Assembly (NCBI GenBank): GCA_030041495.1
Contig: JASHNT010000116.1
Location: forward strand, 9,998-73,997
Direction of reading: 5' to 3'
Origin: Bryobacteraceae bacterium
Lineage (GTDB): Bacteria > Acidobacteriota > Terriglobia > Bryobacterales > Bryobacteraceae
Length of the DNA: 64,000 bases
The translations under genes were made by a program, and so were the position numbers. Every line of letters starts with the position of its first letter. Position 1 is the first letter of the stretch. This document shows positions 1 to 7,508 of this stretch, one piece after another. The notes beneath the pieces were generated by a model. That model did not search any database. It was not told the origin of the DNA and worked only from the letters and a program-made list of their open reading frames with translations.

Positions 1-742
1 GAGGTCTTCGCGCCGCGGGCTCGTAAAGGGCTTCCGGGGCCACCACAGCGGCGGGAGCGTGGAACTTGCTCTCCAGCAGCGGAACGACATTGCCGCCCGT
101 AAAGCGGCTTTGCAGCCGCGCAGAGGCCGTCCGATGATGGTCAGGGTCCAGCTCGATGCCGATGAAGCTGCGGCCCATTTCCTGCGCCGCCACAAGCGTG
201 CTGCCCGATCCCGCGAAGGGATCGAGGACGACGTCGCCCGGCTTCGTGAAGGCTTCCAGCAGCGGTTTGAAGATGCCGACCGGCTTCTGTGTTGGATGAA
301 GGCGGTTCCCGGTATAGGTCCAGGGGATCACGTCCGGCGGCGGGCTTTCCGGCGGAGACGGATGCCCCTTGGAAAGCAGGTATGCCTGCTCGTGATGGTA
401 TGAGAGGAAACGCGAGGCCGATGCATATTTCTTCGGGAAAACAATGTGCCCTGCGATCTGGAAGCCGGCCTTGTGCCAGGCTTCCATAAACCGGCTGACT
501 TTGTTCCACGCGTAGAAGCTCACGCAGAACTGACCGTCCTTGAGAACCCGGTGCATCTGCGCGAAGGCCGGATCGATCCAGGCGTCGTTGTTATCGTTGC
601 GCACCGTGCGGCCGGTGCGGTCGCAGTAGCGCACGAGGTAGGGCGGATCGGTCAGGATCAGGTCGACCGAGCGCGAGGGAATTTCCTTCATGACTTCGAC
701 GCAATCGCCTCGCGTCACGCTGTTGGCGGCGGGAGCCGTCAT
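1..742 (-). CDS. DNA methyltransferase, N4/N6 amino-methyltransferase (beta-class); 3' end cut by window edge
   Basis: Minus-strand frame is open from ATG (742-740) to nt 1. It is absent from the ORF track because no stop lies inside the window. My translation: MTAPAANSVTRGDCVEVMKEIPSRSVDLILTDPPYLVRY...VVLDPFAGSGSTLVAAQEMGRSFIGIELD. DPPY (nt 649-638) precedes the FxGxG motif DPFAGSGS (nt 223-200), which is the beta-class motif order. Confidence 0.85.
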   Translation of the reverse strand, partial: MTAPAANSVTRGDCVEVMKEIPSRSVDLILTDPPYLVRYCDRTGRTVRNDNNDAWIDPAFAQMHRVLKDGQFCVSFYAWNKVSRFMEAWHKAGFQIAGHIVFPKKYASASRFLSYHHEQAYLLSKGHPSPPESPPPDVIPWTYTGNRLHPTQKPVGIFKPLLEAFTKPGDVVLDPFAGSGSTLVAAQEMGRSFIGIELDPDHHRTASARLQSRFTGGNVVPLLESKFHAPAAVVAPEALYEPAARRP

Positions 743-751
743 GCTGCCCCC

Positions 752-1036
752 TTACGATTGCATCGTTGGGGGTTTCGGCGACCGTGCCAGGCGCGCGAGC
801 TCGTTGCGCCGCTCTTTCTCGACGAGGGCCTGCTCCTGCTTGGCTTTGAGCTTCAACTCGGCTCCGTGGCTGTCCTTCGAGCCATCGGCCCAGATCATCC
901 GCTGGATCTTTCCGCCGCGGACGAATTTGGTGTTGCCGTAAGAGTCGCGGCGCATCCCCACGGGGATGTCGTCTTCGGTCTTGATCGGTTTCTGCTGCTT
1001 GGTTGCGTGGAAATTGAAATGGCTGGCCAGTGTCAT
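752..1036 (-). CDS. hypothetical small protein, co-directional with and 9 nt upstream of the methyltransferase
   Basis: Part of ORF 752..1066. The internal ATG at 1036 (MTLASHFNFHATKQQKP...) is preceded by a G-rich SD-like GGGGG. The C-terminus is charged and coiled-coil-like (KLKAKQEQALVEKERRNELARLAR). I recognise no family. Confidence 0.45.
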   Translation of the reverse strand: MTLASHFNFHATKQQKPIKTEDDIPVGMRRDSYGNTKFVRGGKIQRMIWADGSKDSHGAELKLKAKQEQALVEKERRNELARLARSPKPPTMQS

Positions 1037-1107
1037 TAATCGGCACCCCCCGGTGAAAATGAACAATGAAAAAAATTGGTTCTAAAAAAATATCCAGTAG
1101 TTCCCCT

Positions 1108-1370
1108 CAGTCTGCCTGATTCCACGAAGATCGCCTAGCTACCGTCCACCGTAGTTACCGGAAATCTCAAGATCGTGTAGAATCCCGATAATTCCGATGT
1201 CGTTTGTGCATCGCCGCATTCTGGTGCATCTCTTTCTGCAGACTGCCTGATTCCACGCTCCTGCGTAAGTGGTCGACAGGCCAGTAAGGCAGAATCGGAT
1301 CATAGTGTAGAAATCCCTGTAAAAATCGCAGTTTCTTGTGCGTCGCCGCAAAGCGCGACGAGCATCATTC
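1108..1370. repeat. imperfect tandem duplication, period about 131 bp, with three conserved blocks
   Basis: Block 1: CAGTCTGCCTGATTCCACG (1108-1126) vs CAGACTGCCTGATTCCACG (1239-1257). Block 2: GTGTAGAATCCC (1175-1186) vs GTGTAGAAATCCC (1305-1317). Block 3: TTGTGCATCGCCGCA (1204-1218) vs TTGTGCGTCGCCGCA (1336-1350). Sequence between the blocks has diverged. Confidence 0.8.
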
Positions 1371-1700
1371 AACTTCCCCCTTTTTCTCCGCCTCACCAGC
1401 ATAGGCGTGCGGCCTTGCCTTCAAGGGTCGAGAATGCGCTGCGAGTAAACCATCGAGCAGCGCATCGCGCAGACATCGCGCGCCCTTGACGGCATCGACC
1501 GCCCGCGAAAGACAACCCCTCTATCCCATTAAGAAGAAAAAGGGGGTCTGAAAGAAAAACGCGAACGCGCGCCCGGCTTGAAGCGGCGGGCGCCGAGCAA
1601 CTGAGGCTTGAAAATCGCACCAGCTTGTCGTAACCAATAGCAGCGACGCCGAACACAATAGCGGATGCAAATGCTGATAGCTTGTGGATTGGAGCCCTCA

Positions 1701-2339
1701 ATGCCGGATAAGTACAGAAACTTCGCTGAGCTCAGCAAGAATGAAGTTCGTGACAAGGACTTCGTGGTTCGCCATAGACTTCTGCCAGATAAGCCCGCTG
1801 TGATCGCGCCCCACGGCGGCGGAATTGAGCCAGGTACGTCTGAACTTGCGGAAGCGATAGCGCGAGACGATCTGTCCTTCTATGCCTTCGAAGGGAAAAA
1901 GGCACGCGGCAACGGCGAGTTGCATATCACAAGTGCCCGGTTTGATGAGGCGGAATGTCTGAAGCTCCTCGCGAGCTCCTCGACTTGCATCGCCTTACAT
2001 GGTGAGGACAGTGATGGCGAGGTCGTGTTCTTAGGTGGTCTCAATAATGTACTTGGTGCCAGCGTACGTGCTTGCCTGGAGAAGCGCGGGTTCAAGGTTG
2101 ACATCCATACAGATCCCGGGCTTCAAGGCACCGATCCGAAGAACATTTGTAACCGCGGAACCACTGGGCGCGGTGTTCAGCTCGAACTGAGCGAGGGATT
2201 GCGCCGGACATTTTTTAAGGGCCTCAAGCCAAAAAGTCAGCGTGAAACCAAAACGGATCGTTTCTGGCAATTCGTAGCCGCTCTGAGGGAAGCCATCCTC
2301 GAACACGATGCTTCTAAGCCTCCCCTGCCATCGGCGTAA
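1701..2339 (+). CDS. poly-gamma-glutamate hydrolase family protein (PghP-like / DUF867, phage-associated)
   Basis: ORF 1665..2339. The ATG at 1701 is preceded by GGAG 6 nt upstream. Recognised pattern: VIAPHGGGIEPGTSELAEAIA, LHITSARFDE, IALHGE, FLGGLN, NICNRGTTGRGVQLELSEGLR. Confidence 0.75.
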   Translation: MPDKYRNFAELSKNEVRDKDFVVRHRLLPDKPAVIAPHGGGIEPGTSELAEAIARDDLSFYAFEGKKARGNGELHITSARFDEAECLKLLASSSTCIALHGEDSDGEVVFLGGLNNVLGASVRACLEKRGFKVDIHTDPGLQGTDPKNICNRGTTGRGVQLELSEGLRRTFFKGLKPKSQRETKTDRFWQFVAALREAILEHDASKPPLPSA

Positions 2340-2549
2340 CGACGTAACCGAACAAAATGGTCGCTCTCGCCAGCTCACGGGCAAATTAGCCGTAAGGGGA
2401 GAATTTCTGCGGTCGCGCGCCTTTTTTCGCTGGTAAGATGCTGATGGAGCGAGAGATGCCAGATCCCCGAAATTTACACAGGTTCTTACACACTTTCACA
2501 TTTTAAAAAGATAAGCCTCGCTTGCACAGTTAGTTACGAGCTGAATTAA

Positions 2550-2610
2550 GGGACTCAAAATCCCGCGCCCTTCACTGGGCATGAGGGTTCGACCCCCTCC
2601 TCCAGCACCA
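2550..2610 (+). tRNA. tRNA-Leu(CAA) 3' fragment, not a complete gene; putative att site
   Basis: Anticodon stem GGGA/TCCC with loop CTCAAAA (anticodon CAA, U33 and A37 present). Long variable arm GCCC-ttcact-GGGC. T arm GAGGG-TTCGACC-CCCTC. Acceptor 3' strand CTCCAGC, discriminator A and CCA (2608-2610). The required 5' acceptor strand GCTGGAG is absent upstream. Confidence 0.55.
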
Positions 2611-2805
2611 GGCCTGCGTGTGCGGCCCGGGTTGGCATCCGCGACTTACCATGTGATGAGGCGATTCCCGGGTGTTCCCCCTAGCCCACCCCCCGCTTGA
2701 CACCCGAGTTTGGATACAATAGATCTTAAAAATGGTTTAGGACTTTGGTTCTGGACCGAGGCTCTAGGACGGTGTAGTTTCATCGTCTCCGAGCCTGGTC
2801 AGTTT

Positions 2806-2833
2806 CGGAGGGAACCTATCGGAGGGAACCTAT
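2806..2833 (+). repeat. perfect 14-bp tandem duplication CGGAGGGAACCTAT x2 carrying a Shine-Dalgarno-like GGAGGG, abutting the ATG at 2834
   Basis: Read directly: tttCGGAGGGAACCTATCGGAGGGAACCTATatg. Confidence 0.85.
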
Positions 2834-3667
2834 ATGTTCAGCCTAAGGCCGAGCCGGAATTCGACAGAAGCAGTCTGTGGAAAACAAAGATCGATCCCGG
2901 CAAGGACTCGTGCACTTTATGCAGCCCGGTGTGCAGCATTTGCCAGACAAGGCGGAAATCGGAGCCGGATCTTAACCTGCCTTCGATTCACGCCTTATCT
3001 GGCAAGTGCTTTGCTCCTCTGCTCTAGCCTGACGGCGTCACCGATCTACTCCCCTAACGATCTGTCTGGCGCAACGCTGATCGATTTCGACGATTTACCA
3101 GGCGGGAATTGTAACCTCTGCGGGACTCCCGTTACCACGCAATATTCGGGTATCGGCGTTACGTTCAATAACCCGAGCAACCCTGGCGACGACACTGCGG
3201 ATTACAACCTCACCCAGTATGTGCCGGGAGCCTCGGGCAACATGCTGTATGTGTACCAGGGCGGTCTTATGGACGATGGTAATGCCCTGCCATTCCAGAT
3301 ACTGTTCTCCGTTCCGGTCACAGCGGTGGGTTTCGATTTTGCCAGCACTGCCAATGCCTATCTGTAACTGACCGCCTACGGCCCGGGCGGCACTCTGCTG
3401 GAGACCGACGACTTCACAGGGACCCTGACGCCCGTCATCGGGCAGGTCGGGTTCGCTGGGGTAACGGAGGCGACGGCAATCACTGAGGTCGATGTCTCCT
3501 ATCACTACGAGCCAGATTATTCAGATTCAACCCGGACACTCAACTTTTCGATCGATAATCTTTCTTTTGTAGATCCACCGCTGGGGACCCCGGAGCCGTC
3601 CACATTGATCCTCATGGGCGTCGGGCTTCTCGGGATGGGGATTCCCGGCTTGCGTGCCAGACGCTAG
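2834..3667 (+). pseudogene. PEP-CTERM sorting-domain protein interrupted by an in-frame TAA (3365-3367)
   Basis: ORF 2834..3367 ends ...FASTANAYL*. The same frame continues LTAYGPGGTLLETDDFTG...NLSFVDPPLGTPEPSTLILMGVGLLGMGIPGLRARR* to TAG at 3665-3667. The C-terminus is a classic PEP-CTERM motif (PEP, hydrophobic helix, basic tail). The start is uncertain because the hydrophobic signal-like segment lies about 50 aa in. Confidence 0.7.
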
Positions 3668-3681
3668 CCGGTGCGGTCCAT

Positions 3682-4311
3682 TCAACGAGCGTGCGCCGGA
3701 TGTTGAGGAGACAGGAAGCGGCGATTCAGAGCGTAGCCGCCCCAAACCAGAAGTGCCACCGCGGCACAAAGGAAAAGGAGCCAATACCAGTATTGGCCCG
3801 GGTGGAGGAATACGCGGGCGACATGCCGCCCGTAACGCTCCGCCAACAGGGCAATGGCGGTGTAGCGCGCGGCGCGCGAAAGAAAGACTACGGGCAGGTA
3901 TTTTCCGCAAGGATAGTTGGAGGCGCCGGCCGCCGCGAAGACCATGCTGGTGGGAAACGGTAGCGGCACGGTGCTCGAAACGATGAGCGCCATGTCGGCG
4001 TTCCGGTTGAACAGCGACAGGAAAGCCGTTACTCTGGTCTTTCCAAAGTTATTCTCCAAGTAGGCGTGGCCCGCTTTTCGGGCCAGCCGGTACGTGAGAT
4101 AGGCTCCGATGACGGACCCTGCCGCCGCAACCGCCGCATATTCGTACCAGGGGTTGCGGTGAGCCGATACCAAAACCACAACCAGCACATCTGGACCGCA
4201 GAAGGTTGGAAGGGGAGAACTATCGACGATGGCGAGCAGAAATAGCCCTAGCGCGCCAAGATGGCGGACGATGGAAAATACTTCGCGTCGCGTGGATGCC
4301 GCTTGCGGCAG
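3682..4311 (-). CDS. YqaA/DedA-type (SNARE-associated, VTT domain) membrane protein; start codon uncertain
   Basis: ORF track gives 3682..4188 with a GTG start. The same frame stays open upstream and encodes the conserved N-terminal part LGALGLFLLAIVDSSPLPTFCGPDVLVVVLV. GAGGAGG lies at 4322-4328 (minus sense). Only non-canonical starts are available there (CTG at 4311-4309, ATT at 4320-4318). Confidence 0.7.
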   Translation of the reverse strand: MPQAASTRREVFSIVRHLGALGLFLLAIVDSSPLPTFCGPDVLVVVLVSAHRNPWYEYAAVAAAGSVIGAYLTYRLARKAGHAYLENNFGKTRVTAFLSLFNRNADMALIVSSTVPLPFPTSMVFAAAGASNYPCGKYLPVVFLSRAARYTAIALLAERYGRHVARVFLHPGQYWYWLLFLCAAVALLVWGGYALNRRFLSPQHPAHAR

Positions 4312-4514
4312 AAGACTAATCCTCCTCAGGAAGGACGGCGCGCGCGGTGGCGCTGTTTCGCGCGTTTCGGGGAGCTAAGCCGGGAACCACGGGCCGAAGC
4401 CGCGGAGGCAGGGTGATGCCTGGCATTTTGTAGACACTCCTAGACGCGAAGGGTGGCGGCAGGGCTCCGAGTCTTGCTCGCTCGGAGGTGGGTTGGTGAG
4501 AGCCCGCTCGCCGC

Positions 4515-5675
4515 TCACTCCCAAAGCAGCCGCGTGGCAAGCCTCGCGCCTTCCCGCAGGGCTCGGAACTTCGCCCAGATGACGGTGGGGTGGACCTCGG
4601 GAGTGTAGCTGGCTTGGGAAGAGAAGCCGCAGTCGCAGCCGGCGATGACGTGTTCGCGGCCGACGAGCTGGGCGAAGCGGACCAGGCGCTCGGCGATGAG
4701 CTCGGGGTGCTCCACGATGTTGCTGGCGTGCGTGACGACGCCGGGGATGATGGATTTGCCCTCGGGCAATTTCACCGATTCCCAAACGTGATACTCATGC
4801 TCGTGGCGGGGGTTGGCGGCTTCAAAGGAATACGCGCCGGCGTTGACCTTGAGGATCAGGTGCAAGATGTCCTTGATGGCGACATCGTGAACGCGAGGGC
4901 CTTCGTTGATGCCGTAGCAGGTGTGGTAGCGGATCCGATCCGGAGGGATGCCGCGCAGGGCGTAGTTGAGAGCCTCGACGGACTGCTCTCCAGCTCTGCG
5001 GCGCGCGGCGCCGTCAAGTTTGGAGTAGCTGAATAATTCCGTCACGAAGGGATCGTCGATCTGCACGGTGAGACCGGCGTCGACGATGGCTCGATATTCC
5101 TCGCCCATGGCTTCCGCGACGGCGTGGAGGAATTCTTCCTGTGTCTTGTAGTAGTCGTTGGTTCCGGCTCCACTGGGCGCGGCGGCGGGAAGGAAAGCGC
5201 CGGAGTGTTGGACCCCCTGCAAGGCGTCTTTCAAATTGCGGATGTCGCGGGCGACGGCTTCCTGGCCGGTATAGCGGACGGGGCCGGTGCAGACGAAGGG
5301 CACCATGGGTGCGAGCGAGGCGCCGAGCATGGCTTTGCCGAAGTAGTCCTGATAGTATTCCGGGAAAGACTCGATTTCCTTGGCGAAGGCGGGAGAGCGG
5401 GAGCCGGGGCGCGGCTCGAAGCCGCCGAGGCGCTCGCGCATATAGACGTAGAAGCCCAGCTTGCCCTGCTCGCCGTCAGTGACGATGTCGATGCCGCTCT
5501 CGGCCTGGAGGCGGACGATTTCGCGGACGGCGTCATGGACGGTGCCCGAATATTCGGTGGGATCGGAAGGCCGGCCGTCGAGCCGGGCCTTCATCAGATC
5601 CAGAAGATGTTTGGGGCGAGGAAGACTCCCGACGTGCGTGGTCAGGATTCGCGGCCCCTCTGGGGCCTTACTCAC
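4515..5675 (-). CDS. cobalamin-independent methionine synthase catalytic-domain family protein (MetE C-terminal-like, Meth_synt_2)
   Basis: 386 aa. N-terminal LTTHVGSLPRP. Zn-ligand-like motifs RYHTCYG and AGCDCGFS. Overall pattern is that of MetE-like UROD-superfamily proteins. Confidence 0.75.
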   Translation of the reverse strand: MSKAPEGPRILTTHVGSLPRPKHLLDLMKARLDGRPSDPTEYSGTVHDAVREIVRLQAESGIDIVTDGEQGKLGFYVYMRERLGGFEPRPGSRSPAFAKEIESFPEYYQDYFGKAMLGASLAPMVPFVCTGPVRYTGQEAVARDIRNLKDALQGVQHSGAFLPAAAPSGAGTNDYYKTQEEFLHAVAEAMGEEYRAIVDAGLTVQIDDPFVTELFSYSKLDGAARRRAGEQSVEALNYALRGIPPDRIRYHTCYGINEGPRVHDVAIKDILHLILKVNAGAYSFEAANPRHEHEYHVWESVKLPEGKSIIPGVVTHASNIVEHPELIAERLVRFAQLVGREHVIAGCDCGFSSQASYTPEVHPTVIWAKFRALREGARLATRLLWE

Positions 5676-5680
5676 CGGCC

Positions 5681-7477
5681 TTACTCACACGCCTCAGTAA
5701 TGCAAATCGACTCGAGCGTCCGGCCCATGGGCGGCACGGGGAGACCCTGGGCGGCCATAAGCTTGCGCAAGAGGGCGCCGGCTTCGGGATGGCCGATGGC
5801 GGATTGCACGCCTACGCGAACCAGGCCATCGGCGTAATCGACCGCTTCCCAAGTATGGATGGCGAGCTTGCCGCCGCGGTTATCGGTGTTGCCGTAATCG
5901 CGCGTGTCGAGCTTGGCTCCGTGATCGTAGAGCACCTGGATCACGTCGGTGCGGCCCTTGTGCGCGGCGCCATGCATGGCGGTGCGGCCCGTGTCGGCCT
6001 GGGCGTTGACGTCCGCGCCGAGGTCGATCAGCATTTTGACAGCTTCGAGAGTCGCTTGTGGCGACCATTCATAGGTGATGCCCTCGACCCAGCCGATTCC
6101 CGCGGCGACCTGCAGCGGAGTCACGTGCAGGACGGTATCGATGCTGGGGTCCGCGCCGTGCGCGAGCAGAAGCTTCATCAGCACGACGTCGCCGGATTGA
6201 GAGGCGCGCAGGAACGCAGTGGCTCCGTTCTCATCCAGCCACTGGTTGGTGAAGACCGTGCGGGTTTCGGTGGAATCCTTCATGCGGGCGTTCACGTCCG
6301 CGCCATGGTCCAGCAGCAGCTTGATGTAATCCAGGTGATCCATGTCCGGCTTGCGGACGGGATAGTCTCCGCTTTCGATGTTGCGGTTGTCGGTGGCGAG
6401 ATAGAGAGGAGTCCAGCCGCCCTTGTTGGGAAGATTGACGTTAGCGCCGTGGTCCTGGAGATAGGCGCCGAGCTGGTAGAAGCGGTTCTGCGTGGCGACC
6501 AGCAAGGGGCTCCAGCCATAACCGCTGGTCTGATTGATGTCGGCGCCGGCGGCGAGTAGGGCTTTGACGGAATCGAGATCGTTGGCGCGAACGGCGTAGA
6601 TCAGCGGTGTGAGCTGGCCACCGTCCTTGACGGCCTGGCGGTTTCGGCCGCCTCCGCCACCGAATCCGACGGCTGCCGCGGCATCGTCCGTCGGGTTGCC
6701 ATTCTCATCGACTGCACCGGCGAAATTCGCTCCGGCTGCACCGCGGCCCCGGCCTCGGGCTTGTCCTTGACCACCTTCTGGCTGCGCATTACCGGCATCG
6801 CGAAGGGCGCCGAGTCCCGGCGACGGCTGCCCCGCGGCAAGCGCCGCGCCCTGGCGGGCAACGGCCTTGCGAGGATCGTTGGATTTGCCAAGAGCGGGCC
6901 CGCGGCCACGCTCGGCAGGATCGGAGACGGCCTTGATGTCCGCACCGTGCTCGACCAGGAACGCGATTGCGTCGGCGTGGCCTTCATCGGCGGCCCACAT
7001 CAAGGGAGTGGTGCCACGGAGGGTTTCCTTGACGTTGACTTGAGCGCCATGATCGACCAGCACTCTGAGTGCGTCGACGTTGCCGGTGCGCGCGGCGGCC
7101 ATCAAGGGGCTGCGGCCTTCGGGGAGATGCTCATTGGCGTCGGCTCCGGCGTCGAGCAACGAGGCGATGATGCCGGCGTCGCCGTTGATGCAGGCGAGCC
7201 ACATCGGAGTCGAGCCTTCGCGGTTGGCGGCCTTGGGATTTGCGCCGGCCTTAAGGAGCAGATCGACCATCTCTTTGTCGGAATGAAACACGGCCCAGTG
7301 CAGAGCGGTAGCTCCGTCGTTCTGGGCAGCGTTCACGTCGGCGTGCTCGGCGATGAGCTTCTGGACGGCGGCTCTATCGCCGCGGGCGGCCGCGTCGGCC
7401 ACATCAGAGCTTTCCACGCCCCAGGCCATCAAGGCGAGAGAGAAGATCAAACCGCAAGTTGTGAGTCCGCGTCGCAT
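5681..7477 (-). CDS. secreted ankyrin-repeat protein
   Basis: ORF 5681..7501 has a TTG start. The ATG at 7477 has AGGAGA upstream. It has a signal-like N-terminus (MRRGLTTCGLIFSLALMAWG). There are many ANK units (GATALHWAV..., GSTPMWLAC..., GRSPLMAAAR..., GTTPLMWAADEGH...) and a central Gly/Arg-rich linker. Confidence 0.85.
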   Translation of the reverse strand: MRRGLTTCGLIFSLALMAWGVESSDVADAAARGDRAAVQKLIAEHADVNAAQNDGATALHWAVFHSDKEMVDLLLKAGANPKAANREGSTPMWLACINGDAGIIASLLDAGADANEHLPEGRSPLMAAARTGNVDALRVLVDHGAQVNVKETLRGTTPLMWAADEGHADAIAFLVEHGADIKAVSDPAERGRGPALGKSNDPRKAVARQGAALAAGQPSPGLGALRDAGNAQPEGGQGQARGRGRGAAGANFAGAVDENGNPTDDAAAAVGFGGGGGRNRQAVKDGGQLTPLIYAVRANDLDSVKALLAAGADINQTSGYGWSPLLVATQNRFYQLGAYLQDHGANVNLPNKGGWTPLYLATDNRNIESGDYPVRKPDMDHLDYIKLLLDHGADVNARMKDSTETRTVFTNQWLDENGATAFLRASQSGDVVLMKLLLAHGADPSIDTVLHVTPLQVAAGIGWVEGITYEWSPQATLEAVKMLIDLGADVNAQADTGRTAMHGAAHKGRTDVIQVLYDHGAKLDTRDYGNTDNRGGKLAIHTWEAVDYADGLVRVGVQSAIGHPEAGALLRKLMAAQGLPVPPMGRTLESICITEACE

Positions 7478-7508
7478 GGGGTCTCCTGTGGTGCGTGACA
7501 AGCAACGA

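Larger units (their letters stand above)
1..2610. mobile_element. putative right end of an integrated element (prophage/ICE-like), extending left of the window
   Basis: The cargo is typical of mobile DNA (orphan methyltransferase, PghP-like gene). An AT-rich arm with TTACACA repeats follows at 2474-2501. The region ends in a tRNA-Leu 3' fragment in the orientation expected for an attR. No integrase is seen inside the window. Confidence 0.4.

Noticed and set aside
1108-1370. Possible CRISPR array or iteron origin, because of the repeated 19-mer.
   Set aside because: There are only two copies, the period of 131 bp is far too long for CRISPR, the repeats are not palindromic and there are no cas genes. 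It is kept as a tandem-repeat finding instead.
1393-1701. 102-aa minus-strand ORF (and 1529..1756) in the element's non-coding region.
   Set aside because: It has no motifs and an Ala/Arg/Ser-rich junk-like sequence. It would end inside the repeat region and overlap the PghP-like start, so it is probably non-coding regulatory DNA.
2523-2610. A complete tRNA-Leu gene.
   Set aside because: The 5' acceptor strand needed to pair with CTCCAGC is missing (only 2 of 7 pairs). The D-loop candidate lacks the conserved GG. It was therefore called a 3' fragment.
2696-2719. Promoter-like TTGACA ... TACAAT upstream of the PEP-CTERM gene.
   Set aside because: The spacer between the hexamers is only 12 nt (ttgaca-cccgagtttgga-tacaat), which is too short for a sigma70-type promoter. 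No better -10 lies at 17 nt.
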